64,000 nucleotides of DNA from an uncultured Actinomycetota bacterium (GTDB lineage: Bacteria > Actinomycetota > Humimicrobiia > Humimicrobiales > Humimicrobiaceae). The notes beneath the pieces are model-generated. The model worked only from the letters and a program-made list of their open reading frames with translations, was not told the origin of the DNA and ran no database searches. The translations under genes were made by a program, and so were the position numbers. Positions 48,924 through 59,711 of this stretch are shown piece by piece (position 1 is the first letter of the stretch; the number at the start of each line of letters is the position of its first letter). The stretch is from positions 18,185-82,184 of the forward strand of contig CAZTUA010000012.1 of NCBI GenBank assembly GCA_964616545.1, read 5' to 3'.

Positions 48924-49088
48924 ATGGAAAAATGGGAATGTCAGGTCTGCGGCTATATTTATGACCCTGAAAAAGGTGACCCTGAAAATGAAATAAAACC
49001 CGGCACAAAATTTGAAGATTTACCTGATGACTGGGTTTGTCCCGAGTGCGGTGCCTCAAAGGATGAATTTGAAGTATATAAGGAATAA
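48924..49088 (+). CDS. Rubredoxin (absent from the ORF track)
   Basis: GGAGG SD; [54 protein letters not shown]. Confidence 0.96.
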   Translation: MEKWECQVCGYIYDPEKGDPENEIKPGTKFEDLPDDWVCPECGASKDEFEVYKE

Positions 49089-49144
49089 GAGTTGTTAATT
49101 TAACCGGGCTGAGCTGTATTATGACAGGATTTAACCAGTTACGG

Positions 49145-49552
49145 TTAAATATGCACCCTGATGGCGGAAACAGGGCAGCAGTTCAGGCATAACTCACACA
49201 GGATACATTTATCCTTGTTGAATTTTAACTTACGGCTTTTTTCATCAAGGGTCAATGACTGTGTAATGCATATTGACGTGCACACCCCGCAGTCTATGCA
49301 GAGATTTTTATCTATTACTATATCTTTTGCTGCTTCCTGAACCGTAACACCGGTATTTGTAAGATATTTAACCGCTTCATCAATCTGTGTTTTGTCCCCT
49401 TTTAATTCAAGGAGCATTTTTCCTTCCATATCAGGTGTTATCTCGGCTCTGAGTATGTTAAATTCAAGATTAAATTCTTTAACCAGTTTATATGTAATAG
49501 GCTTGGTTACAATATTTTCCGGAAAACTCAGTACCAGCTTTCTTTTCGTCAT
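49145..49552 (-). CDS. NIL-domain ferredoxin (MA1822-like)
   Basis: KPITYKLVKEFNLEFNILRA NIL domain plus CIDCGVC and CILCELC. Confidence 0.88.
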   Translation of the reverse strand: MTKRKLVLSFPENIVTKPITYKLVKEFNLEFNILRAEITPDMEGKMLLELKGDKTQIDEAVKYLTNTGVTVQEAAKDIVIDKNLCIDCGVCTSICITQSLTLDEKSRKLKFNKDKCILCELCLNCCPVSAIRVHI

Positions 49553-50718
49553 CAGAGTTCCTCCCTGCTTAATATATCAAGGTTTCTGTGTTCCTGTTCC
49601 AGCGGCAGCGGAGAGACAAAATTGGTAAGATAAAATTTACCGTCTTCAATATCTTTTTTTAAAATATTAGATATCTCCAGGGCCTTAAAATAACTGGAGA
49701 TTGAACCTGTTTGAACGGTTTTTCCGCTGAGTGTTATTTTTCCGCTTCTCAGCTGCCTGTAATTCACTTTTCCGCAGGATGGTTTGTTTCTTCTCTGAAC
49801 GGAATAATCGGTAATTTCTGTGTATAAATCTTCATCACTGACTTTTAAAAATTCAACCATTTCTTCATCTATTACAGGAACTGGAATGCCTATCCCAATA
49901 AATATGGAAACTCCGTAGCCATGAAAGATACATGCTCTTAAATATCTGGTTGTCATCTCTTTAAGATTGCCCACTACGGCAATGGTTCCTGCACCACCGC
50001 ATGGCGTGCCATTTGAAAGTCTCTCTTTACCTGGATTATGCTGGGTTCCATACCAGGAAATGTAACCCTGGCTACCTGCAAGGAATATCCTGGTTCCTAT
50101 GCCTGTGGTTCTGAAATACGGATCATTTAAAAGCGGGCTTAACTGTCCGGCGCTGGAGTATGTTACATTACCAAAATTGGGCAGCAATTTCCCCATATAG
50201 GTGTATATGGTTCTGTTGGAGGAATTGGTTGCTGCCGGATAATTCTGGTAGGCATTTCTGGGATTAAACAAATATGCCTGATTTATGGTATCCGCAGTTA
50301 TATAAGTTTCAATTTCTCTTCTCGGGTAACAATCTGTACCATATCCGGTTGCTTTTAGTTTCACAGGTTTTCCGGAAATTAAATCTTCTATTACGTGTGC
50401 TCCCCCGTATTTTATCCCCACCGTTTCTGAAAGTTCTGCAGCACCAATATATGCATCCACGGCTGCTATTCCTGTATAAGCCGGAACATCATTCAGCCAT
50501 ACTTTAGTCATTTTTATGGGAGGGTCCGAGTGGCCGAAATTTATAAATGCCCCTGAAGAGCACATCGGGCTAAAAGTTGCTGTTGTAACCACATCTACTT
50601 CTTTTGCAGTTTTCTTTACTCCTCTTTCTTTTGCATATTCAATTATCTCTTCTGCATTGAGGACGACAGCCTTCCCGTTTTTAATTTTTTCATTTATTTC
50701 TTCAATGGTCTTTGCCAT
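49552..50718 (-). CDS. Homocysteine biosynthesis protein, DUF39 (aspartate-semialdehyde sulfurtransferase, MA1821-like)
   Basis: KTIEEINEKI, VDVVTTATFSPMCSSGA, TDCYPR, NPRNAYQNY, GQLSPLLNDP. Confidence 0.9.
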   Translation of the reverse strand: MAKTIEEINEKIKNGKAVVLNAEEIIEYAKERGVKKTAKEVDVVTTATFSPMCSSGAFINFGHSDPPIKMTKVWLNDVPAYTGIAAVDAYIGAAELSETVGIKYGGAHVIEDLISGKPVKLKATGYGTDCYPRREIETYITADTINQAYLFNPRNAYQNYPAATNSSNRTIYTYMGKLLPNFGNVTYSSAGQLSPLLNDPYFRTTGIGTRIFLAGSQGYISWYGTQHNPGKERLSNGTPCGGAGTIAVVGNLKEMTTRYLRACIFHGYGVSIFIGIGIPVPVIDEEMVEFLKVSDEDLYTEITDYSVQRRNKPSCGKVNYRQLRSGKITLSGKTVQTGSISSYFKALEISNILKKDIEDGKFYLTNFVSPLPLEQEHRNLDILSREEL

Positions 50719-50888
50719 GACAGATTTAACTCCTGACTTTAATTTAGTAAAATATAATACTCCAATATTGATTTTTTTCCAATAATCAGTCTATCCTGGA
50801 ATGGATTTTTACCCTGCCGTGTAATATACTTTTTTTAAATTAAACAAATCCGCGGGGATAATTAATTGAAAATAAAATTTATAAAAAT

Positions 50889-51662
50889 ATGGTGAGCAGT
50901 GAAAATGTAAATATAAAAGAAATATTTGCCGGTGAAACCGGTATAGATAAAAGAATATATAGAGACAGCATAAGATTTAAAGAAAAACACAACTGGAGAA
51001 TTATATATAAATATAGCGATCTCATGGTCAGCTGCGACAGGGATGTGAGCCTTAAAATCGGGAGATTGATTAAAGAAATCTATGATTTACTTGAATCTTT
51101 TATAAAAAAAGAACAGTCTTTCCAGAAGAGCCTGTCACCGGTAAAAATAGAACAGCATTTTCCTGATATAATAAAAAAAATGTGCCTTAAATCAGCTATT
51201 TTTAATGTAGGACCGATGGCTGCGGTTGCCGGTGCGGTCTGTGAATATATTGCTGCCGGTCTGGACAGACACTGCCGCAGGCTGATAATAGAAAATGGGG
51301 GCGATGTCTATATAAAGAGCAATAAAGACGTGGATATTGAAGTGTTTTTAAAGAATGTAAATTTTAAAGATAGGATATATTTAAAAATAAAAGCAAAAGA
51401 TACGCCCTGCGGTGTCTGCTCTTCGTCAGGCAGTTTTGGCCATTCGCTGAGCATGGGCAAAAGCGATCTTGTGGCAGTATTATCAAAATCAACAATCAGT
51501 GCAGACGCAGCGGCAACGGCAATTGGGAATAAAATTATAAAACCTTCCGATATAGATGAAAATATTGAGCATTATAAAACAATAAAAGATATAAGCGGTA
51601 TCTTAATCATCAAAGACGAAAGAATAGGCATCTGGGGTAATATTGAACTTGTAAATATTTAA
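50889..51662 (+). CDS. UPF0280/ApbE-like protein (COG2122)
   Basis: VGPMAAVAGA, IENGGD, CSSSGSFGHSLSMG, ADAAAT. Confidence 0.9.
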   Translation: MVSSENVNIKEIFAGETGIDKRIYRDSIRFKEKHNWRIIYKYSDLMVSCDRDVSLKIGRLIKEIYDLLESFIKKEQSFQKSLSPVKIEQHFPDIIKKMCLKSAIFNVGPMAAVAGAVCEYIAAGLDRHCRRLIIENGGDVYIKSNKDVDIEVFLKNVNFKDRIYLKIKAKDTPCGVCSSSGSFGHSLSMGKSDLVAVLSKSTISADAAATAIGNKIIKPSDIDENIEHYKTIKDISGILIIKDERIGIWGNIELVNI

Positions 51663-52087
51663 TCTTTTTTAAATTTCTGAGGAGAATCCCCGGTATCTTT
51701 TTTTGTGTCTTCCTGTTTAAAAACTTCAGAGCCAGAGTTTACAGTGCTCTCACCCTTAAAAAGTCCGCCTTTGGATATAGTAAGCAGTGCATCTTTCTGT
51801 GTAAGATTTCCGATAAATTTTCCGGTTGAAGTTACCTCAACTTCCCCGGTGGCTGCCATATCTCCTTTATATGTTCCGGCAATTATAGCATTTGTCGTTT
51901 TAATACTGGCCTCTACGCTGCCCTCTTTTCCAATTGTAGTATCTTTGCCTGTTATAATTTCGCCCTTAACTGAACCGTCTATTCTTAAAGAACCCGGGCA
52001 GTTAATCTTGCCGTTTACTTCTACTCCTTCTGCAATAACAGTAAGGTTTTTTGTACCCTTAACTTCGGTATTTCTTCTCGATAACAT
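51659..52087 (-). CDS. Bactofilin (polymer-forming cytoskeletal protein)
   Basis: TVIAEG..VNGKI...LRIDGSVKGEI beta-helix repeats. Confidence 0.9.
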   Translation of the reverse strand: MLSRRNTEVKGTKNLTVIAEGVEVNGKINCPGSLRIDGSVKGEIITGKDTTIGKEGSVEASIKTTNAIIAGTYKGDMAATGEVEVTSTGKFIGNLTQKDALLTISKGGLFKGESTVNSGSEVFKQEDTKKDTGDSPQKFKKD

Positions 52088-52334
52088 GTCTACTCTTCCT
52101 TTCTTTAAAAGATAACTCTATAAATTCTATATTTATGGATAATTTTTGCAAGCTATTATAACACTTTTTGGATAAAATTTATTGTATCGTGCAGTATTGA
52201 TTGGCTGAGAAATTTTTAATACTTCAAATTATGCATTTTAAAATGTAAAATTGTTTAAATAACGACAAGATTCCAGAAATACTAAAACAATTAAAAAGTA
52301 ATCAAATAATAAACTATATAATTATGTAAATGCA

Positions 52335-54092
52335 ATGAAAGAAAAAAAATCATTTACTTCTATATCCACAATAATCTTAATTTTTATCTTTACAGCAGCA
52401 GTGTGCCTATCATGCAATATTAATCTTTCCCCCGTAAAAATAATTCCGGAATCAGGGGAGGAGGAGAATACCGGCGGGACAGGTGAGACGGCAGAAGACA
52501 TTGAACACGATAGTGTGGAGAAAGGGGAAGAAATTACTGCTTTAAATATATGGACAGAGGATATTGTACCCTCAGATATAAGCATAAGGATAAGAAACAG
52601 GCTGATGGAAGCTTTTGGCGAAATAAGAATTGTGGACAGAAAAGAGGATTCCGATATACAGGTTGAAATTAATACAGACCGGGAGAAATCAACAGTAACC
52701 TGGTTTCTGGTGCCGGTAGTTTCTTTTTTCAGGACATTTGATGATATATATTATGATGATTTTAAGAATTTCTGGGAGGGAGATACGGAATCACTGGAAT
52801 ATATATCAGTCGACGGTTCCGGACCCGGGCTTGTTTTAACAGAAGACATTTATAAAGTTCTGGAAAGGATTATGGGGCAAAGCGGAAATGAAAAAATAAA
52901 AATTGTAAGCGGTGAAGAACTTACCAGCAGCATTGAGGATAATGGCAGTTTTTCAATTATCCCCTTTGACAGCATAAAGAAAGAATACAAAGTGCTCAAT
53001 GTGGATAACGCGTCAGCTCTTGATAGGAATCTGGATACAGGCAATTATCCTCTTGGGATAGGTATAAGTGTTAAGAGTGACAATCCTGAAATTGAGGGTA
53101 TTATAAACGGATGCCTGGAGGGAATTTATATAACAAACAGGGATATTGAGAAAATGGCCTCTGTTATTATGACCGGCGTTACCGCACTCGCACGCGGCAA
53201 AACAATTGGAAGAAAAATGGATGAGCTCGGGGTCCTTTACCCTGCAGAAAAAATCGCAGATGTGCTTCTGGATGCCGATATTACCCATATAAGCAATGAA
53301 ATATGTTTTGTAGAGGGCTGTAGCAGTGAAAACAGGTTTCCCTATCTGTGCAGCAGTCCTGAGTATATAGAACTACTCAGGTATGTGGGCACGGATGTAA
53401 TTGAGCTTACCGGAAATCATATGAATGATTACGGCCCTGAATGGATGCTTAAGACTCTGGAAATGTATGATGAGGAAGGCTGGCTATACTTTGGCGGAGG
53501 AAGGAACCTGGAAGAATCTTACCGGCCCGCTCTTTTTGAGGTAAAAGGCAATAAAATTGCCTTTATGGGGGTAAATGCTTACGGGCTGGCCAACATAAAT
53601 GAATGGGCACGGGAGGATTCACCCGGAGCTGCACGGCTGAATGTCTGGGATGAAGCAGAAAAGGAGAAAGATTTTGAAAAAGTGGAAGGCATAATCAGGG
53701 AATTAAAAAGCCAGGGTTATACAGTTATCTTCACTTTCCAGTATCAGGAATCGGAACGATACAGCCCTACAGAAGACCAGATAGCTGATTTTAGAAGAAT
53801 AATAGATGCGGGAGCAGACATAGTTAGCGGGAGCCAGTCACACTGGCCCATGGGTGTTGAATTCAGAGAAAATGGTTTTATAAATTACGGTCTGGGAAAT
53901 ATTTTTTACAATATGCGGGATATACCGGGACTGAAGCAGGGGATTATAGCAAAACATATCTTTTATGAGGAAAGGCATATAAATACCATTATGATAACTA
54001 CAATGCTTGAAGACCTGAGCCAGCCAAGGCTTACTACCCCGGAGGAAAGAGAAGAACTTCTAAAGTCTATTTTTGACGGCAGCATAAGATAA
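52335..54092 (+). CDS. CapA-family (PGA_cap) metallophosphoesterase, exported
   Basis: Signal peptide; LTGNHMNDYG, AGADIVSGSQSH, YGLGN. Confidence 0.85.
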   Translation: MKEKKSFTSISTIILIFIFTAAVCLSCNINLSPVKIIPESGEEENTGGTGETAEDIEHDSVEKGEEITALNIWTEDIVPSDISIRIRNRLMEAFGEIRIVDRKEDSDIQVEINTDREKSTVTWFLVPVVSFFRTFDDIYYDDFKNFWEGDTESLEYISVDGSGPGLVLTEDIYKVLERIMGQSGNEKIKIVSGEELTSSIEDNGSFSIIPFDSIKKEYKVLNVDNASALDRNLDTGNYPLGIGISVKSDNPEIEGIINGCLEGIYITNRDIEKMASVIMTGVTALARGKTIGRKMDELGVLYPAEKIADVLLDADITHISNEICFVEGCSSENRFPYLCSSPEYIELLRYVGTDVIELTGNHMNDYGPEWMLKTLEMYDEEGWLYFGGGRNLEESYRPALFEVKGNKIAFMGVNAYGLANINEWAREDSPGAARLNVWDEAEKEKDFEKVEGIIRELKSQGYTVIFTFQYQESERYSPTEDQIADFRRIIDAGADIVSGSQSHWPMGVEFRENGFINYGLGNIFYNMRDIPGLKQGIIAKHIFYEERHINTIMITTMLEDLSQPRLTTPEEREELLKSIFDGSIR

Positions 54093-54158
54093 TCACTGTA
54101 TATATACCATTAAAATTAATACAGGGTAAACCTTTCTCTGTGCTCTGTAATACGCTGT

Positions 54159-54902
54159 CTATTCCCATTTAAAAAACTTAATTGAGAGGCCGAGACTTAC
54201 AATAATCCAGCCGCCTATAATCAGGAGCTCTTTATACATTGAGGAAATGCCCGCTCCTTCGATTGCCACCATTCTCAATATGTCATTCAGGTGCGTGCTG
54301 GGAAGAATATTTGAAATTACTTTAAGAAAATCCGGCATTAGATTTAAGGGAAAGAAAATCCCGCCCAGAAAAAGCAGTATAAAAAATACAATCATGCAAA
54401 CAGGAGTGGCAGCCCTGGCATTTTTAACAAAGGAAACCAGGAAAAAACCGATGCTTAAAAAACAGATAGCGCCCAGTGTAATTACAAACCATAACAGGAA
54501 ATAATTTCCGGAGATATTAACATTAAACAACAGGATGCCTATAATTATTATTATAAAAGTCTGGATAAGCATTATCATGTAGCGGTTAATAATCTGGCTC
54601 AATATTATGATATATTTTTTTAACGGGGTAACAGATAGTCTGCGGTATATGCCTTTCTGTCTGTCTTCTATGAAACCCGTTGCAGATGCCATAATACCGG
54701 TTACCATCAGAGCCATGATTATTATCCCGGGCATAATGTAGTCTATGGCTTTCATACTGTAATCCTGCCACATGGTATCCTTATATATAAAACCATACAG
54801 CAATATAAAGAAAAGCGGGAAAATCATTGTCCAGAAAAGATCATCCATGTTTCTTAAAAATAATTTATTTTCCAGCGCCAGCTGTTTTAATAAAATTTTC
54901 AT
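54159..54902 (-). CDS. ABC-2 type exporter permease
   Basis: FWTMIFP, PGIII, GIYRRLSVTP, LGGIFFP. Confidence 0.9.
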   Translation of the reverse strand: MKILLKQLALENKLFLRNMDDLFWTMIFPLFFILLYGFIYKDTMWQDYSMKAIDYIMPGIIIMALMVTGIMASATGFIEDRQKGIYRRLSVTPLKKYIIILSQIINRYMIMLIQTFIIIIIGILLFNVNISGNYFLLWFVITLGAICFLSIGFFLVSFVKNARAATPVCMIVFFILLFLGGIFFPLNLMPDFLKVISNILPSTHLNDILRMVAIEGAGISSMYKELLIIGGWIIVSLGLSIKFFKWE

Positions 54903-54905
54903 CTT

Positions 54906-55826
54906 CTATTCCCTTAAATTCCTTCCTGTCATGGAAATAAAAACATCTTCAAGAGTTGCTCTTCTTGTATTGATATGTTCAATATTTATATTATTTTTTT
55001 CAGCGAGACTGGATATCTCTTTTAGGGCCTGAGAAGGTTTTCTGGTATAGATTATGAATCTGCCATCGCTATCTTTTACAATTTTTCCAAGTGGCGAAAG
55101 CTCGCTTATTATTTGTTCTTCCTTGAATCCGGTTGCCTCAAATTCAACGGTTGAATCAATACCAGAACCTTTTACAAGATTAGCCGGGGTATTGATTGCA
55201 ATTATCCTGCCATTATCTATTATTGCAACCCTGTGGCAGAGCCTTTCAGCTTCCTCCATATAATGAGTTGTAAGAATAACAGTTTTTTCCTGTTTCTTTA
55301 AGTTTTCGATAATATCCCATACATTTCTTCTTGCCTGGGGATCCAGACCTGTAGTAGGTTCATCAAGAAAAAGAACCGCAGGATCGTTTACAAGCGCCAG
55401 CCCGAGAGCAAGACGCTGTTTCTGCCCGCCTGAAAGAGTTGCATAATATGCATTTTTCTTCTCTTTTAATGATACAAGTTCAAGTATTTCAGATGGAGGT
55501 AAAGATTTCTTATAATAACTGCCAAAAAGCTCAATTGCTTCTATTACCCTGATTTTATTATAAAGAGCAGTGGTCTGGAGCTGTACCCCTATAAGCTCTT
55601 TAATTGCGGAGGAGCTGGACAGTGCGTCTATTGAACAAATATTGATAGAACCCCTGTCGGGTTTTCTCAGACCTACTATCATTTCAACGGTGGTTGTCTT
55701 CCCTGCCCCGTTGGGTCCCAGCAGGCCAAATATTTCGCCTCTTTCTATTGAAAAACTAACCCCGTCTACCGCTTTTATACTGCCGTAATGTCTGGTTAAA
55801 TCTTTGACTTCCAGGCTATAGGCCAA
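54906..55826 (-). CDS. ABC exporter ATP-binding protein
   Basis: GPNGAGKTT, LSGGQKQR, LDEPTTGLDP, TTHYMEEAE. Confidence 0.95.
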   Translation of the reverse strand: MAYSLEVKDLTRHYGSIKAVDGVSFSIERGEIFGLLGPNGAGKTTTVEMIVGLRKPDRGSINICSIDALSSSSAIKELIGVQLQTTALYNKIRVIEAIELFGSYYKKSLPPSEILELVSLKEKKNAYYATLSGGQKQRLALGLALVNDPAVLFLDEPTTGLDPQARRNVWDIIENLKKQEKTVILTTHYMEEAERLCHRVAIIDNGRIIAINTPANLVKGSGIDSTVEFEATGFKEEQIISELSPLGKIVKDSDGRFIIYTRKPSQALKEISSLAEKNNINIEHINTRRATLEDVFISMTGRNLRE

Positions 55827-55895
55827 ATTATTCTCCTGTTTAAAAATTTTAATCCTCCGAGAAATATGTGTAATTATATAATAAAAAATGCAATT

Positions 55896-56468
55896 TTATA
55901 AGCCAAGCTCACTGCTTATATTCTGCATTGATTTAAGGACTATGCCAATAAAATCCGGCAAGGTAATGCCCAGTTTCTCCTCACACAGCGCAATGTCTTC
56001 TCTGCGGGTTCCGCCGGCAAAGGATTTTTCCTTAAATTTCTTAAGTACAGACTTCACAGTTACAGAAGATAATTTTTTATCAGGCCTTACAAGGGCACAG
56101 GCAACAATAAGGCCGGTAAGACTGTCACCGCAGAATAAAGACCAGTCCATGGGACTTCTGGGTTCTACACCGGTATTTTGCCAGTTATGTGCGGCCATGG
56201 CATAAGCGACGTTGTCAGGGATTTCAAAACCCTTCTCCTTCAGAATTTTTGTTACCTCAATGCCCTGTTTCTCTTCCGGGACGCTGTCATTGTAATCACC
56301 GTCATGCAGGAGACCGGCTATGCCCCACTCTTCTACATTGCCGTTAAATTTTTTAGCCAGCTCTTTCATCATTGCTTCTGTTGCCAGCATATGTTTGATG
56401 ATATTCCTGCTGGTAATATGCTGATTTAAAAAGTCCAGAGCCTGTTCTCTGTTAATCATTTTACCCAC
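55896..56468 (-). CDS. HD-domain (HDIG) predicted hydrolase
   Basis: IKHMLA, GLLHDGD, AHN, DSLTGLIVACALVRP. Confidence 0.88.
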   Translation of the reverse strand: MGKMINREQALDFLNQHITSRNIIKHMLATEAMMKELAKKFNGNVEEWGIAGLLHDGDYNDSVPEEKQGIEVTKILKEKGFEIPDNVAYAMAAHNWQNTGVEPRSPMDWSLFCGDSLTGLIVACALVRPDKKLSSVTVKSVLKKFKEKSFAGGTRREDIALCEEKLGITLPDFIGIVLKSMQNISSELGL

Positions 56469-56835
56469 TTTCGTATTTGATAAATATTATTGTCTTATAT
56501 CAGGTTAATTAGTTATCAGTAACTGACTATTTAAACATAAATATTATCATTAAATTATGATTAAGTTAAAAAAACAATAGCGACTTCAATAATTTTCGCA
56601 AAGAAAGGTCTCTGCCTTCACCCACCTGCAGCTGCAGAAATAGAAAATTCATAAAAAAATCAATATAATACTGGCTTAAAGTGCGATGTGATAATAGAAT
56701 GTTAAAAAAAGATACAGCAGACCTGGAAGCAGGAAAAAAAATAAGGATTATCTACCTGTGCCTTAATAACATTGAAACAATTGTGTAATATATGATCAAC
56801 AGGGAATGCAATTGACGAAATAAGAAAGCAGAAAA

Positions 56836-57732
56836 GTGGGGGAAACCCCGGAAGGATTAAAAGATTATGCTCTTGTTACGGATAGCGCTTCGGACATTCC
56901 GGAAGAGCTTGTTGAAAAATATAAAATAAATGTTATTCCTATTTATATACATTATAACGGCAGAGAATACAGGGATGGAATAGATATTAGTTCTAATGAG
57001 ATTTATTCTCTCCAGAAAAAAGAGAAAGTTATTTTCACATCATCTTCCCCGTCACCCCGGGATTTTTTAATGATTTATAAGAAGCTGCTCGGAGAATACA
57101 GGAAAATATTTTCAATTCATATAAGTTCAAAGCTATCTGCGGTTATAAAGTCGGCAAACATTGCCAGGGAGCTTCTTAAAGCAGAAAAAAGAATAGAAAT
57201 ATTTGATTCATTATCCGGTGCTATGGGCACTGGCTTTATGGTTATAATTGCTGCCAGAGCAATAGCAAAGAAATATACCGGCGAAAAAATAATGCGAATC
57301 CTGCATTTTTTAAGAGGCAATATTAAATTATACGGAACTATTGATACCCTGAAATATTTAAGAAGAAGCGGCAGGGTCCCGGCTGCTGCCAGCCTCATAT
57401 CAGGGATTTTTAAAATAAAACCGCTTCTGGGAATAAAAAATGGAACAGTGGGCATGATAGGTGTAGCTGTCACCAGATATGGCTCAATAATAGAGATAAC
57501 GAGGAGGGTATTAAGGGATTTTAAAAAAGAAAAATGGGTTATAGTATCGATAATTCATACCCTTTCATTTAAAGAATCAAAAAGGATTATGACAAAACTT
57601 CAGTCTTCCCTGAATTGCGTTGATACCATGATTACTGAATGTACGCCTGTTATCGGTGCACATACGGGGCCTGGCCTGATAGGCATTATTATAACCAGGC
57701 TGGATAGAGGGATTATAGATTTATTTACCTGA
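56836..57732 (+). CDS. DegV-family fatty acid-binding protein
   Basis: VTDSASDIP, SIHISSKLS, LKYLRRSGR, IGAHTGPG. Confidence 0.92.
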   Translation: MGETPEGLKDYALVTDSASDIPEELVEKYKINVIPIYIHYNGREYRDGIDISSNEIYSLQKKEKVIFTSSSPSPRDFLMIYKKLLGEYRKIFSIHISSKLSAVIKSANIARELLKAEKRIEIFDSLSGAMGTGFMVIIAARAIAKKYTGEKIMRILHFLRGNIKLYGTIDTLKYLRRSGRVPAAASLISGIFKIKPLLGIKNGTVGMIGVAVTRYGSIIEITRRVLRDFKKEKWVIVSIIHTLSFKESKRIMTKLQSSLNCVDTMITECTPVIGAHTGPGLIGIIITRLDRGIIDLFT

Positions 57733-57752
57733 AGGTTTATCCAGTTTTATCT

Positions 57753-58322
57753 TTATACGGTCTCAAAATCTTTTTCACCAAAAACAATAGCCGAAAAAAT
57801 AAAAATTTTTGTGGCTTTTTCCCTGTAACAATTTTTTCCAAGGCCTGCTTTATAACAGGTTTGCTCTAGAAATTGAGTCCTGCTCCATTTATAATCAGTC
57901 GCAACCTGCGGTAGAAGCAAGCCCTGGTAAAAACCATTTTTTATAAGCAGGCCATGTTTTCCGACATCAATCTCTCTGGTGTCTTTTATCTTTTTAAGAG
58001 GGGAAAGAACCGAGATTTCAATATCAACCTTATTAAATTCACCGGGAGTGAGGGGGTAAAACCTCGGGTCTTTTAAAGCAGATTCTTCTGCCATGTTCAT
58101 AACTGTTTCCCAGAGTGGAGTTTCTGCAGTTATATTGCCGATGCACCCTCTTAAATTACCATCGATATGTAATGTAACAAAGGCTCCGCATTTGATGTTT
58201 AACACTGCATTATCAATTTTGTATTCAGGCGGCTTTTTACCGTGAACAGCGCTGGCAATAGATTCTCTGGCTATTTTTAGAAGTGTTTTTTTATGTCTGG
58301 AAGTAAGTTCAATATTCTGCAT
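57753..58322 (-). CDS. AMMECR1-domain protein (AmmeMemoRadiSam protein A)
   Basis: GAFVTL...LRGCIG, DPRF, EISVLS, GLLLPQV. Confidence 0.93.
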   Translation of the reverse strand: MQNIELTSRHKKTLLKIARESIASAVHGKKPPEYKIDNAVLNIKCGAFVTLHIDGNLRGCIGNITAETPLWETVMNMAEESALKDPRFYPLTPGEFNKVDIEISVLSPLKKIKDTREIDVGKHGLLIKNGFYQGLLLPQVATDYKWSRTQFLEQTCYKAGLGKNCYREKATKIFIFSAIVFGEKDFETV

Positions 58323-58443
58323 ATCTTAATATTATATAATGTTTTTTTAAAAACTTATAAACGATAAATGTTATCCCTAATTATTTTTACCTGCACCTTT
58401 TGCCTTTATTGTTAAGAATAAAATACTAGTGGAAAAATATTAA

Positions 58444-59274
58444 TTATTTTTTGTAAAAAACAGCTGACACATAACCAACTACAGCACTTTTATCGCCGGT
58501 AACATCTCCGGAATTTTTGTAATCCAGGATTTTTGAGCTGTCTGCTCCCATAATTTTTGAAGCAATCATTGCAGAAGCCACAGGGCCGCCGCCGCACATT
58601 TCTATATTGTTATTAAGAAATTCTGCTTTTAAATTTTTGGTATCGAAGCTGCCGATAAGCTCTATTGCTCTCCTGTCCAGAGAAGCCGCCTCATCATAAG
58701 TGTAATAATGCGACAGGTCTGTACTTGCAATAATTAAAATTTTATCCTCTTTAAAAAGAGAACCGATCGTTTCTCCAAGCTCGTCTATGTTGCGTTTGTT
58801 CTGCTGTCCCATTACGATTGGAACTATTTTTATATCTTCAAATAAAACCTGAAGGAACGGAAGCTGCACCTCAAGGCTGTGTTCGTTCAGGTGCCCGTGA
58901 TGGGATAATTTTATGTACGGACTTTTGCCGGCAAGCGCTTGTGCTCTTTCCCTGTCAGTATCTACCAGTCCCAGCGGGGTTCTGTAAGCGTCGCCATCAA
59001 ATACTGAAATAAAATCAAAATACTCTGAATGGGATGGTGCTATTATAAATATGCTGTCAAATTTTTTACCGGATATCTGCTTATAAGAATATGCGGCAAC
59101 CTGTCCGGAATATATATATCCTGCATGAGGACAGACAATTGACCTGATGCCTTTTATATCCTGTAACTTTATGTTATTTAAAAATTCTTCTATCTGCCTG
59201 CGTAGAGCACCCGGATTTCCGGGATAAAAACTGCCGGCTGCTATGGGTTCTCTTATATTCTTATGCTGTACCAT
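58444..59274 (-). CDS. MEMO1-family protein (AmmeMemoRadiSam protein B)
   Basis: AGSFYP, PHAGYIYSG, EHSLEVQLPFLQ, STDLSHY, MCGGGP. Confidence 0.93.
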   Translation of the reverse strand: MVQHKNIREPIAAGSFYPGNPGALRRQIEEFLNNIKLQDIKGIRSIVCPHAGYIYSGQVAAYSYKQISGKKFDSIFIIAPSHSEYFDFISVFDGDAYRTPLGLVDTDRERAQALAGKSPYIKLSHHGHLNEHSLEVQLPFLQVLFEDIKIVPIVMGQQNKRNIDELGETIGSLFKEDKILIIASTDLSHYYTYDEAASLDRRAIELIGSFDTKNLKAEFLNNNIEMCGGGPVASAMIASKIMGADSSKILDYKNSGDVTGDKSAVVGYVSAVFYKK

Positions 59275-59291
59275 AAAAGCATCACCCTGAC

Positions 59292-59525
59292 CTATATTTT
59301 AATAAAGAACCTTAAAACTATATTTAGGATTACTGTGATAACTATACTCATAATTATGCATGTAGTAACAGGAAAATAAAAGGTAAAATTGTCCTTCTCT
59401 ATACTAATATCTCCGGGTAATTTCCCTGCAAAAGGAATTCTTGAAAACAGCCACAGCAATCCGCCCAGAATAATTATACCCGGACCGATAAGAATTAAAA
59501 TTTTTCCTGCGGTGCCAGAATTCAT
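59292..59525 (-). CDS. DUF2905 small membrane protein
   Basis: GKLPGDI...FYFPVTTCIIMS. Confidence 0.85.
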   Translation of the reverse strand: MNSGTAGKILILIGPGIIILGGLLWLFSRIPFAGKLPGDISIEKDNFTFYFPVTTCIIMSIVITVILNIVLRFFIKI

Positions 59526-59711
59526 TACTAATATTATTATATTTAAATTATATTTTTTTAAAAGCGGCGCTTATTTATCCCGGTGAAAATAAATATGTAC
59601 AGGTTAATCTGTATAAAAAATAAGCTATAAAGATTATTTTTTTTATAATTTTTATAAGTATAATAGTAATAAGTTAAATTCTGTAAAATGATTATATATC
59701 GGGAGTAATAG

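Noticed and set aside
56560-56660. Minus-strand frame ...SAAAGG-TGA-RQRP as a possible selenoprotein
   Set aside because: An in-frame stop lies just upstream with no start codon, and no SECIS-like hairpin or family motif is evident.
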